From Blepharisma stoltei ATCC 30299 (Eukaryota > Protista > Ciliophora), in assembly GCA_965603825.1 (NCBI GenBank), contig CBFDEM010000015.1:62001-126000 (forward strand): a DNA stretch of 64,000 nt, written 5' to 3'. How positions within the stretch are numbered: position 1 is the stretch's first letter; each line of letters opens with the position of its first letter. Under the pieces are notes generated by a model. The model was not told the DNA's origin, searched no databases, and was given only the letters and a program-made list of their open reading frames with translations. The position numbers were made by a program, and so were the translations under genes. Shown piece by piece: positions 37,688 through 49,163 of this stretch.

Positions 37688-38464
37688 AATTTATCCAGTA
37701 TTTAGGTATTGTAATTTAATGTCTAATATTAAAATTATGCTTGAGAAAGCAATTTCTTGACTGACTGATTATTGCTTTATAATAATTCCAAGTTTTAGAT
37801 ACTTAATTTGTAAAAAATATAAGCTAAATGTTAGAACAGAAAATTAAAAAAAATCATATTAATTATTTAAGACATTATTAATAAAGGTAGCTTAAATTAT
37901 AGTAAAAAATTCAAATTAAACTATATAACTTGTTGAGTGCTAGCACTCAAAAGCAAATCTTTTAAAATTAATGTAATTTTATAATAACTTTTTTAAGTCT
38001 ATATGAAGAGATTTTCCTAGGCTATCTATTTTATATTGTAAAGTCATGCTTTTTTTACCTTTTTAGCATATATTTGTCTTTGGTACTTTCATCTATTTAT
38101 TTTCGCAATTTTTGTCTTTTATAGCCCTTGACATCTTTATATGCCTATATGTTCGTTTAAAAATAATCAAAAAAGGCCAAGCCGAGAAGAGATTTTTGCT
38201 ATAATATTATTATTCTATTTAAACTTCAGAAATCAAAGAAAATTGTAGCTTTAAATGATTCTTCTCATCTTGGATTTCCTATTTAATTTTTATGAAACTA
38301 AAGCCACATAATGCATAAGATTTCTGATCCATTCAAGCTGCTTGATAAAAATCTTTTAATTATCTATAATTCATATAAAAATAAGCCATTAACTAGGCTA
38401 TATGATAAACATTAAAATTAAATAGTAAAAATTATTTAAAGGGAAGCAAATTACTTAAATATTT

Positions 38465-39661
38465 TTATTGCTGTTTGTATTTCTCAAGTCCTAACTGTTG
38501 CAGCTGGGTTTGATATACGCTTTGAACTTGATTACACATCTTAATCACATCAGACTCTGGAGGATTAAAAAGCCTGCAGTTATAGAAGACTAATTCGAGG
38601 TCTTTAATAAACTCTTCGCCTGATGTATATACATTGTTATTCAGTTTTTTCTTAATAGTCCCAAAATCCATCGGATTTTTCACCACATCAAAATAATCAG
38701 GCAAATTCAGCTTCATTGGGTCTACAGGTTCATGAAAAATCCATGAGTGATTAGTCCTCCACAATACATTTATGAGTTTTTTCCCTGGCTTTTCCCATGG
38801 TTTCAATTTATCAACAATGTCTGGGTCCATCGTTTCCAAATCCTTCAAAGTTTCTGGGTTTTTCCAATATTTCGCTATATCAGGAAAATTATTTTCAAAC
38901 TCAGCCAATTCTTCTTGTGTAGCTGGTCTTTCTTCTCCTTTATCATTCACAATCATCAATTGGCATTTTAATTTCTTTTCGCTTTTCCTTTTTTCTTCTT
39001 TCTTTTTCCCTCCATCCTCTTTTTTTGCCTTTGATGACCTATCTATTGCCCCTTTAGATATCAAATATTCTACGAGCTGCTGGTTATTTGATCTTCGTGC
39101 CCAGGTCAAAGGAGTATTTTTTGTTTTATCTAAATAATTTACATTTGCCCCATTTTCTGCAAGTGTTCGAGATGCTTCGAATTTTCCTTCGCGGCTTGAA
39201 TAAAAAATTGCAGTTTGGCCTTGGTTGTCGACTGAGTTTACTTCTGAGCCTCTTGAGATCAAAATATTTATTGTGGAGCAGTGGCCTTCACGAGATGCAT
39301 AATAAAGAGCAGTTTGTCCATAAGCGTCTCTCTGGTTTGGATCTGAGCCTGCGTTTAGGAGCATTTCTACTTGTCGATCTCGGCCATAACGAGATGCATA
39401 AAATAAAGCTGTTTGTTGGAGCATGTCTTTGTAATTGCAGTCCGCGCCTTCTCTTAATAAAAGCTCAACTAATTGATTCCCGCGCTCAGCATTTTCTGAT
39501 TGGATAGCATGGAAAAGACATGTGTGACGAGATTGAGAATTATCAGTTAACGCCAGGAGAAAATTTTTTGGGAAGCGCTCTAATTCTGAAGCTACATCTT
39601 CGACTCTTCCATGCTTGATTAGATCGAACCAACGGGTCTTATCGTATTCTCCACCTTGCAT
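38465..39661 (-). CDS. Ankyrin-repeat + bromodomain protein (alveolate BDP1-like architecture)
   Basis: Repeats of QTALFYASRxG, then WIFHEPVDP..LPDYFDVVKNPMDFGTI...NCRLFN. Confidence 0.92.
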   Translation of the reverse strand: MQGGEYDKTRWFDLIKHGRVEDVASELERFPKNFLLALTDNSQSRHTCLFHAIQSENAERGNQLVELLLREGADCNYKDMLQQTALFYASRYGRDRQVEMLLNAGSDPNQRDAYGQTALYYASREGHCSTINILISRGSEVNSVDNQGQTAIFYSSREGKFEASRTLAENGANVNYLDKTKNTPLTWARRSNNQQLVEYLISKGAIDRSSKAKKEDGGKKKEEKRKSEKKLKCQLMIVNDKGEERPATQEELAEFENNFPDIAKYWKNPETLKDLETMDPDIVDKLKPWEKPGKKLINVLWRTNHSWIFHEPVDPMKLNLPDYFDVVKNPMDFGTIKKKLNNNVYTSGEEFIKDLELVFYNCRLFNPPESDVIKMCNQVQSVYQTQLQQLGLEKYKQQ

Positions 39662-39988
39662 TTTATTATTATGGGCATTTTTATAATTACGGAAAATATG
39701 GTTTTAGGCAGATAAAGAAGACTAGCAAGTAAATGGGTTATAAAAACACTATTCTATTACAAATTTAAGTTTATTTTATATAAATATCACTTGGTTTTAC
39801 GAAATAATCCAAATTAAATGTGATTATATAAATTTTCTTATTAAAAGTAAAATTGATATAAAAAACTAACAAATAATTCTTATTTCAGAGTTAATATCTA
39901 CTAAATAAGCCTTAAAAACATTATTTAAAAGCTTCATCACTAATCAATTTATAATTCTTCATAAAAAATATATGAAAAATTTTCATAT

Positions 39989-41050
39989 ATGAACAAATTA
40001 GTTAGGTCTTATACTCTCCCACTGCCCTGAATGAACGTAAACGTCATGGAATGCGGCCCAGAATCCGGAATTCCTATCATCTTTATCCACGGCTATCTCG
40101 CAACCTCTCTATTCCACAGGCGAATAATCCAAAAAATGCCTCCAAGATACCGATGTATTGCTTATGATTTACGATGTCATGGCCATTCATCAGCAGTCCC
40201 AATTGACGCTACCCAGGGTTTAAAGAATTTTTCAGACGATTTACACGGAGTTATAGAAGCTTTGAATATTAAAAAGACCCATATAATGGGTTGGTGCAGA
40301 GGTGGGAATATTGCAATGCAATATGCAATAGACCACAGTGACAAAATTTTATCTTTAATTTTAGAGTCACCAGGATCTCCTTATGGACTGTTTGGGACTG
40401 AAGACGAACTAGGCACTCCAACGTTTCCAGATTATGCTGGATCTGGGGTGACTTCTATAGCTTTATATATGAAATCTTCAATTGAAAAAGGGATTTCTGA
40501 TAAAAATGCGTATTCTCATTTACTTGGCTGTTTAAGAAAAACCTGGTATACAAGAGGAAAACAAATGACTGAGGAATTAGAAAGAGAATATGTCAGTGAA
40601 TTCTTTTTATCAAAAACAGGGGACGATTTTTTGCCTGGAAACTACCAAACTTCAATCAACTGGCCTGGCTGGCGGCCTGGAAATAAAGGATATTTTAATG
40701 CATGCTCAGCAAAGTATCACAATTTATCACGAATAATCCACACATACCCTAAACCGCCAATATTATGGCTGAGAGGGGATAAAGACACTTATATCTCAGA
40801 CTGCAGTACCAGTGACCCTGCTGTTCTTGGAATGCTAGGAAAAATCAAAGGCTACCCTGGAAAAGAGCTATACCGCCCTCAACCAATGCTCAGACAAATC
40901 CGAAGAGTCCTAGATTTATATAGCGAAAATGGCGGAAGTTACCAAGAAATCGTAATAAAAGACTGTGGGCATGCGCCACAAATAGAAAGAGAAGAAGAAT
41001 TTTTAATTTTTTTGTGGAGGTATTTAGAATATAACCCCAGATGGAAATAA
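39989..41050 (+). CDS. Alpha/beta hydrolase with a Cys nucleophile elbow (GWCRGG), 353 aa
   Basis: FIHGY, DLRCHGHS, GWCRGG, RGDKD, CGHAP. Start extended upstream through TGA 40028. Confidence 0.87.
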
Positions 41051-41093
41051 ATTAAAAAAAATTATTTAGGTATTATGATATTTCCTATTAGAA

Positions 41094-42320
41094 ATGTCAA
41101 TTTCAAACCCAAATACACGAAGCTATGAAAGACTTAAGGAAAATACCTCACATCCACAATGGAAAAATTCAGTGCCTTCTTTAATACCTTTATCAATGGA
41201 TTTTTTGTCTTCCCCACGGCTTTTAAGTGCGCAGACTTCGAGGTCGTCGAAATCACTGCAAAGCCCAACACAGAATTTACCTGGAAGATCTTCAGCAATT
41301 GAGGGTAGAGCTTTAACTGCGAGGAGCACTGATAGGAGGTTTTTTGGGAATACAGAAACTCCTTCAGACCAAACGAAATGCTCACTAAAAGAAAATGGGT
41401 CAGTTAAAGCGTATGCTGCAAGCACAAATCAAGGATTAGTTAGAAATTATAATGAAGATAGAGTCAGCATCATTTTAAATATCATGAAACCTCCTCATCG
41501 AAGTGGAGAACCATGACCCCGTTGTTCTTTTTTTGGAGTTTATGATGGCCACGGAGGTGCAGCATGCGCTGACTTTCTGCGAGATAATTTGCACCAATAT
41601 GTGATAAGAAATCAATATTTCCCTCATAATCCTAAAGAAGCAATTAGGAATGGTTTTGAAGCTGCAGAAAGAGCCTTTATTGAATTTGCAGAAAGGAATC
41701 AGCCAATAGAAAGGTCAGGGAGCTGTGCTAATGTAGTTTTAATTGTTGGTGATAATTGCTATGTTGCAAATGTAGGAGATTCTAGGGCTGTGATGAGCGG
41801 CGAAGGTGGAACAAAGATTTATCCTTTGTCAAAAGATCATAAACCTTGTGAAGAAAAAGAAAGGCAAAGAATCATCAATAATGGCGGAAAAGTTTATCAA
41901 TCAACTGCACAAATCCAGGGAAGCCAAATCACAGGACCATATCGTATTTTCCCAGGCCGACTTTCAGTAAGTCGAACTATTGGTGATATCGAAGCTAAAT
42001 TGCCAGCTTATAACGGAAACCCTAATGTTTTAATATCAACACCAGAAATTAAAGCATTCAGAATCCATCAGGATTTTGATTTTATCATCCTCGCAACTGA
42101 CGGAATTTATGATAAAATGAGCAATAAAGAAGTGATTCAAAGTGTATGATCCTGCATTTATGAAGCAAAAACGAAAAATATTCACCAGTTATGTGGAATT
42201 GCGGTAGAAAACGTAATGAATACTGCATTAAATAAAAAAACGACAGATAATGTGACGGTCGTTATGATTGGGCTTGAAGGGTTTGTCAATAAGATTGAAG
42301 AACTGTATGGAAGAGAATAA
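41094..42320 (+). CDS. Protein phosphatase 2C (408 aa)
   Basis: RNYNEDR, FFGVYDGHGG, NVGDSRA, SKDHKP, SRTIGD, LATDGIYD, DNVTV. TGA=Trp at 41514 and 42147. Confidence 0.95.
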
Positions 42321-42958
42321 ATGAATCGGATATAGTAAAAAATGAGTTCAGAGAAAAAAAGTATTAATTTAATAATGAAAGATAAATTTAATTGTTGATG
42401 CTGCATCTTATAAATTTATGTTTTAGAAAAACACTATAGAATATCATTATGAGGGAAAATAATAAGCTGCATTTGAAAAATTTATAATGGAAATAATAAA
42501 TAAATATTCCATACAAGTGATATCACAATATTTCTTATTTATCACAGGCATTTTTTAAATAATTGGCCAGCATCCTTTAATCTGCTCCATTATTTAGAAA
42601 TGTTGATTATCCAGAACTCTTATTTGTTCAATATTCTCTGGGGCTCAGTTAGAATTATCGATAATTCATTTGCTTAGTTTGTCATAATTGAAATTAAAGC
42701 GTTTGCTCAGCTTAATAATAAATAAATCAAATTTAGAAATCTCAAAGTGATAAGAGCTAGCCTTTTATCATTTTATTGACTCTATACTACATATTTTATT
42801 TTCCAGAATGAAGGATTATTATTTGATTTCTCTCAATTCTCAATCCGCTTTCACTATTTTGTCTATAAAATATTAATCATTTTTAAAATTCTAAAAGCTA
42901 TTTTCTTTTCAATGAAAATTCAGTTCATATATATTACAAATAAAGTCTTATAAAATAA

Positions 42959-44268
42959 TTACACAAAAAAATTTTCAGGTAGTATATCAAAATGATTATT
43001 CCTGCATTGAAAAATCTCAATTGAAAAAAGTCTTCAGCATTCTTCGCATGTGACATAATTATATTGCTCTTTTATCACCACCATTTCATTTATAAAGGAA
43101 ATAAATTCGTTAATGTCTCTTATTAGACCACAGCTGTGTACAAATTTTTCATTACACCGGCAAAGCTCACAGCCTTCTGTCTCAATTTCATCAATGGGTT
43201 GATACAAAACTGTGGGCTGCTCATAAGTTTCTGGGACACTTGGCCCTCCAGTTCCTGTAGTCCGCCATTCAATTCGAGAAATTATTTCAGGCTGCTCATA
43301 ACTTACTGTGACACTTGGTCCTCCAGTTCCTGTAGTCGGCCATTTAAGTCCAGAAATTGTAATAGCAGGAGTACTTGAAGACGATTTATTTGGCTTTATC
43401 AAGTATGGGTCAAAGCCAGGAATGCCAAAATTATCAATATCTAAGCTTTTTCATCTTGCACAAACTTCAGCCATACTTGGTCTCAGATTTTTATAGTATA
43501 CCAGCATGCTTAAAATAATTTTTATTGCATCATCGTGATACCCAAAAATTCTCATTTTTTTCTGCACCTTTTGGCGAATTTCTCTGTCAGCTTTTCCTAT
43601 TTTTGCACCCAAATTCATAGTGGCTATCTCATAAAGTGTTTTTCCTGTTGACCAAACATCTTCCTTATAAGGGTCAATGTGTGGGCTTTTTTTTTCGCCA
43701 TTTTCTAGCATTCTTTCCAAAAATGGGGACATGTATTCAGGCGTCCCAAGTGGAGTAATTTGTTTTCGATTCTGACTTTAGATTCTCCGAAATCGCCAAT
43801 ACGAATTTCGTTGTGTTGGTTAACAAAAATATTATGAGGCTTAACGTCTCTATGAGCTATGCTCGCACTATGCAAACTTGTAAATGCTTCTGTGATAATG
43901 ATAAACATGCTCAACGTTTCGTCTTTGGTCCAAGTAGTGGGATCATGGCGATTATTATAAATAATGCCAGCTAGACTTCCTTTATTGCATAATTCCATAA
44001 AAATTGCATAGCTTTGATCAGATAAATCTACGTCATAGTAAAACTTAACTACATTTGGGTGACAATTTCCAGCTTGTCTTAAAAAATTGACTTCTGCTTC
44101 ATTACTCTCATTTCGCCTTGTAAATATTTTAGCTGCAGCAAATTGAGGGTAAGCTGAGCCTGGTCTATATTGTGTAAACATTACACTTACTAGAAGGGAT
44201 CTGCGATTATTATCATCAAGATTGTCTACTTTTTCATAGGAGCAAAAGTAATCACGATCTGGGTTCAT
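42959..44268 (-). pseudogene. Ser/Thr kinase duplicate with a 1-nt deletion near 43760
   Basis: Paralog of 44955-46256. Restoring one A gives ...KITPLGTPEYMSP, and the rest of the frame is open to TAA 42959. Confidence 0.7.
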
Positions 44269-44299
44269 AAATTTATAAAAATCTATAAAAATTAATCTA

Positions 44300-44610
44300 T
44301 TAATTTAATGAAGCTTGAAATTAAAAGGTGAGCCAAATGAAGTGTTTGTTTGTAGTATATACTTGTTTTAATAAGCTTGCTAGGGTTTTAGAAGAAAGGG
44401 GGAAGGTGAATTACTTTTTGACTTTATTTTGGTTTTTTCTCTGAATTTAAAGTCAATTCCTTTCTTAATTTGTTCGTGCGGGTATAAATACACAAATCCG
44501 GGTTCAGTAGTCAGCTTTTCATTAATAATTTCTTTTTCACTCTCTAAGTTCAGACTACTGCACAAGCTTTTTCTGATTAATTTTGCTTCTTGTCCGGCAG
44601 AATCTCTTAT
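44300..44610 (-). pseudogene. Truncated 3' duplicate of the 46306-46968 gene
   Basis: PGFVYLYPHEQIKKGI..KTKIKSKS is shared, with internal deletions. Confidence 0.7.
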
Positions 44611-44954
44611 AAATATTTATGATATAATGATAAATGTGGTATTAATTAAACTTACAGTTTGAAATTGAAATTAAACGTTTGCTAGGCTTAATAATAAATA
44701 AATCAAATTTAGAACTCTCAAATTGGTAGAAGCTTGCCTTTTTTCATTTTACTGGCTTTAGATTACATATTTTATTTTCTAGCAATTTTTAAAGTGCAGG
44801 ATTATTCGCTGATTTCTTTAATTCTCTAAATTCTCCAATGCAGATTTCATTATTTTGCTTATAAAATAATAATCATTTCTGAAATTCTATGATTATTTTT
44901 ATTTTAAATCAAATTCAGTTCATATTGATTAAAAATTATTGTTTAATAAAATAA

Positions 44955-46256
44955 TTACGTAAAAAATCCACCAGGCAATCTATCAAAATGATTATTCCTG
45001 CATTGAAAAATCTCAATTGAAAACAATCCTCTGCATTCTTCGCATGTGACATAATTATATTGTTCATTTATCGCCACCATTTCATTTATATAGGAAATAA
45101 ATTGGTTAATGTCTGTTTTTAGACCGCAGCTGTGTACAAATTTTTCATTACACCGGCAAAGCTCGCAGCCTTCTGTCTCAATTTCATCAATCGGTTGATA
45201 TAAAACTGTGGGCGGCTCATAAGTTTCTGGGACAGTTCCTGTAGTCCGCCATTTAATTCGAGAAATTGTTTCAGGCTGCTCATAACTTACTGTAACACTT
45301 GGCCCTCCAGTTCCTGTAGTCCGCCATCCAAGTCCAGAAATTGCTACAGTAGGAGTACTTGCAGACGATTTATTTGGCTTAATCAAGTATGGGTTAAAGC
45401 CAGGAATGCCAAAATTATTAATATCTAAGCTTTTTAATCTTGCACAGACTTCAGCCATACTTGGTCTCAGATTTTTATCGCATGTCAGCATGCTTAAAAT
45501 AATTTCTATTGCATCATCATGATACCAAAAAAATCTCATATTTTTCAGCACCTTTTTGCGGATTTTTGTGTTATCTCTTCCTATTTCTGCTCCCAAATTC
45601 ATAGTGGCTATCTCATAGAGTGTTTTTCCTGTTGACCAAACATCTTCCTTATAAGGATCAATGTGTGGGCTTCTTATTTCGCCATTTTCTAGCATTCTTT
45701 CCAAAAATGGGGACATGTACCCATGTGTCCCAAGTGCAGTATTTTTAGTACCGACCCTGACTTCTTTAGATTCTCCGAAATCGCCAATGCGGATTTCGTT
45801 TTCTTGGTTAACAAAAATATTATGAGGCTTAACGTCCCTGTGAGCTATGCCCGCACTATGCAAACTTGTAAGTGCTTCTGTGATAATGATAAACATGCTT
45901 AATGTCTCGTCTTTGGTCCAAGTAGTGGGATCATGGCGCTTAGCATAAAGAATATCAGCCAGGCTTCCTTTATTGCATAATTCCATAAAAATAACATATT
46001 TTTGATCAGGTAAATCTACGTCATAGTAAAACTTAACTACATTTGGGTGACAATTTCCAGCTTGTCTTAAAAAATTGACTTCTGCTTCATTTCTCTCATT
46101 TCGCTTTATAAATATTTTAGCTGCAGCAAATTGAGGGTAAGCTGAGCCTGGTCTATATTGTGTAAACATTACACTTATTAGAAGGGATCTGCGATTATCA
46201 TCATCAAGATTATTTACTTCTTCAAAGGAGCAAAAGTAATCACGATCTGGGTTCAT
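44955..46256 (-). CDS. Atypical Ser/Thr protein kinase with a C-terminal Cys-rich (RING-like) region
   Basis: AAKIF, MELCNKGSL, HRDVKPHN, IGDFG, DVWS, RP. No GxGxxG loop. C-terminal CELCRC..HSC..CEEC. Confidence 0.87.
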   Translation of the reverse strand: MNPDRDYFCSFEEVNNLDDDNRRSLLISVMFTQYRPGSAYPQFAAAKIFIKRNERNEAEVNFLRQAGNCHPNVVKFYYDVDLPDQKYVIFMELCNKGSLADILYAKRHDPTTWTKDETLSMFIIITEALTSLHSAGIAHRDVKPHNIFVNQENEIRIGDFGESKEVRVGTKNTALGTHGYMSPFLERMLENGEIRSPHIDPYKEDVWSTGKTLYEIATMNLGAEIGRDNTKIRKKVLKNMRFFWYHDDAIEIILSMLTCDKNLRPSMAEVCARLKSLDINNFGIPGFNPYLIKPNKSSASTPTVAISGLGWRTTGTGGPSVTVSYEQPETISRIKWRTTGTVPETYEPPTVLYQPIDEIETEGCELCRCNEKFVHSCGLKTDINQFISYINEMVAINEQYNYVTCEECRGLFSIEIFQCRNNHFDRLPGGFFT

Positions 46257-46305
46257 GATATTTATAAAAATCTATAAAATTGATCTATTAATTTAACATT
46301 ATAAT

Positions 46306-46968
46306 TTATTTCAATAGAAGCTTGAAATTAAAAGGTGAGTCGATTGAGGTGTTTGCTTTGTGGTATATACTTGCCTTAATAAGCTTGCTAGGGGTTTTAG
46401 AAGAAACGGGGGAAGGTGACTTACTTTTTGACTTTATTTTGGTTTTGTTTCCGATTTTAAAGCCAATTCCTTTTTTAATTTGTTCGTGAGGATATAAATA
46501 CACAAATCCAGGGTCAGGAGTCGACTTTTCATTAATAATCTCTTCTTCACTTTCTAAACTCAGACTGTTGCATAAAGCTTCTCTTGTCTTTTTTAAATAA
46601 GGCAAAGGGTCCACTTTTGGGCCCATTGGCAAGCTTTTTCTGATTAATTTTGCTTCTTGTCTTGCAGAATCTCTTATAACTCTTTGATATAAAAGTCCAT
46701 AATCATGGTCTTTTTCTTGATCAATTTTTTTCATTCTCCTCAGCCTTTGTTCTTCTTTAAATTTCCACTCCTCAAGCAGTTTGCTTTCTAAGATTTCTAT
46801 TTTTCTTGTATTTTTTATTAAATTTACAGCCGGCTCTATCTGCATTTGTTTAATAAGGGAGTGTCCAATTGGTTTAAATTGCCTGACATCTTCAGCTTGC
46901 ATGTATTTTTCAAATAAAATGCGGTCTTTATTATGAAAATACCGTTCTTGGTTTATTTGTGGAATCAT
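46306..46968 (-). CDS. Hypothetical basic protein (220 aa)
   Basis: ATG-to-TAA ORF; its 3' part is also duplicated at 44300-44610. Confidence 0.7.
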   Translation of the reverse strand: MIPQINQERYFHNKDRILFEKYMQAEDVRQFKPIGHSLIKQMQIEPAVNLIKNTRKIEILESKLLEEWKFKEEQRLRRMKKIDQEKDHDYGLLYQRVIRDSARQEAKLIRKSLPMGPKVDPLPYLKKTREALCNSLSLESEEEIINEKSTPDPGFVYLYPHEQIKKGIGFKIGNKTKIKSKSKSPSPVSSKTPSKLIKASIYHKANTSIDSPFNFKLLLK

Positions 46969-47008
46969 GGTTTGTTTATTATTCCATAAAAATGTAAATT
47001 TTACTTTA

Positions 47009-48070
47009 ATGTCACATCCAATACAAGATTACTATTTGTCACCAAATTTTAAAAAAAGCGCTGAAAAAACGCCTCAAAAGCCACCTCTATTTCAACAGCG
47101 GATTCGAAGTGTGGAAGCTTCTCCAAATTTTACGCCTAATTCAAGCAGTAAATTATCTCAAACCAAAGGTATTTATAGAACTCCTACAAATAAAGATAGG
47201 ATAAGACGAATGCCAGGGAGTTCTCCTAGAAGAATTAATGAGGAAACTAAAGAAGAAAGAGATTTGAAAATAGAAAAACTTATAAAAGACCTTGATGAAC
47301 AGTCCTTAAAAATCGAAAAATTCAACAAAGATTTACAAAAATTCGATAATTATTCTGAAGGGATAGACCAACAAATCGATGAAAAATGAACAGAAAATAA
47401 ACAATTATCTGATTTAATTAAAGCAAAAGAACTAGAAATTCAAGGCAAAACTTATGCTAAAAGCCGAGAATTAACCCAAGAAATCCAAGAAAATGACAAG
47501 ATAATGCAAAATTTAGAGAAGCAAAGATATGAGCTGAGGATAAGAAGCAAAATTTTAACACAAAATAAAAAAAAGAATAAAGAGCTGTTTCAAATAGCTA
47601 AAGAAAATGATGAAATTTTTCGAAATAATATGATGGTTACGAAACAGATAGATGATTATAAAAAGCATGGAATTAAAAAAGAAGAATTTTTGGTGCTTCA
47701 GGACCAAACAATGGAATTAGAAGAAATACAAAACGAATTAATTTCGCAAAATTCCCAATTAAAAGAAGAAATTGAGCATGAAGAAGGCTTAAAAGCAAAA
47801 ATTGTGGAAGATTCTAATATTATGATAAAAAATAAAGAGGAACTATACAAAATTTGAAATGAATTGAAAAAAATCAAGCACCTTGTACAGTGTTATCAGA
47901 ATAGGCAGCCGATAAATTTAATCAATTTAATATGTGAGCGAGAAATAAATGATTCTGGGCTAGATATTGAAGACTCTATCAGCTCGATTCTAAAAGAACT
48001 GCAAAGCTTAAAAGCAATTGCAAGCGATTTGTATGCAGAGCATTGCGGCAATAACTGTTTTTCGCAATAA
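47009..48070 (+). CDS. Coiled-coil protein (alternative start at 46967)
   Basis: Three track ORFs join via TGA at 47387 and 47855; ends ...DLYAEHCGNNCFSQ*. Confidence 0.75.
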
Positions 48071-48128
48071 ATTAATTAAATTAATTGTCAGTAATATTTT
48101 ATCATGAAGGGCTAATTGATATATAAAA

Positions 48129-49106
48129 ATGCTGAGATTTCTCATTGTTTTACCAATGATTTTTCTAGCAGAATCTTTAGAGGAAATGCAGAAAACTAAA
48201 GTTTCAGCATGCTTGTATCTGGTCCACATCAGAATCAATTCAGATGCAGAGTCATTTAGAGCTATTTTTGACGGGCTGGAAAATGAAGATTTAGAAAGAG
48301 CCTCAAATAAAGTAATTGGTGAAATGGTGCTAAATTGTGTTGAGAATATTGATAAGGACACTGTCGAAGAAATTCAAACAAATTTCAGAGAATTGGCTTA
48401 CAAGAGTGACTATGATAAATTATTGTCATATGATAAAAATGATTTACTAGGTGATATCCACCTCACACCTGAACAAATTGAAATAATGGAAGAAGCCACA
48501 AAACAATCAGAAGAATCATATTACCAAGAACACCCTGAGCTTTCTGAAGAAGCTGATTTAGGCAGAAAACAAAAATTAGCTGGCTGCTTATCTCTTGCAA
48601 GATATAAAATCTCAGAAGATGACCCAATAATTAAACAAATTTTACAAAACATGCCAAGCGACCTTGAAGAAAAAATTATGAATAAAATTGTCGGGGATAT
48701 TCTTATTGGTTGTATGGATAAAATTACAGATGAGATAGTCGCAGAATTAATGAAAACTCAATCATTTAGCGATTTAAAGCCTGAGCATAAAAATTTATTG
48801 GTGTGGGATAGCACTCAATTTAAAAAAGATCAAGAAATAAAGTTCACACAAAAACATTTTATGCTATTTGACGAAGTTATGGAGTCGAAAAAGGAAGCTG
48901 AAAAATATTATCAAGAACAGCAGATGGAAAATTTAGAAAATCATGAAATTCCGTATGAGGAAGGACATTTATCTAATATTTGGATTATTGTAGTAGGGGC
49001 TATTGTGATTATTATAGGGTATGCTTATTACTCTGCTACAGGAAACTCTCAAAAAGAAGAGCCAAAACCTACAGATTCCAATAATAAAACCAAAAAAAGA
49101 GAATAA
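48129..49106 (+). CDS. Type I membrane protein with signal peptide and two internal ~125-aa repeats
   Basis: KVSACL..NKVIGEMVLNCVENI aligns with KLAGCL..NKIVGDILIGCMDKI. TM segment IWIIVVGAIVIIIGYAYY. Confidence 0.8.
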   Translation: MLRFLIVLPMIFLAESLEEMQKTKVSACLYLVHIRINSDAESFRAIFDGLENEDLERASNKVIGEMVLNCVENIDKDTVEEIQTNFRELAYKSDYDKLLSYDKNDLLGDIHLTPEQIEIMEEATKQSEESYYQEHPELSEEADLGRKQKLAGCLSLARYKISEDDPIIKQILQNMPSDLEEKIMNKIVGDILIGCMDKITDEIVAELMKTQSFSDLKPEHKNLLVWDSTQFKKDQEIKFTQKHFMLFDEVMESKKEAEKYYQEQQMENLENHEIPYEEGHLSNIWIIVVGAIVIIIGYAYYSATGNSQKEEPKPTDSNNKTKKRE

Positions 49107-49163
49107 GTAATTATTTAGGAAAAAATATTAAATAATACATACCTCCAAAATATTAAGTAATTA

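Noticed and set aside
37933-37950. Perfect 18-bp palindrome TTGAGTGCTAGCACTCAA, reminiscent of CIRCE half-sites
   Set aside because: Wrong arm order and no 9-nt spacer, eukaryotic context, single occurrence. No function can be supported.
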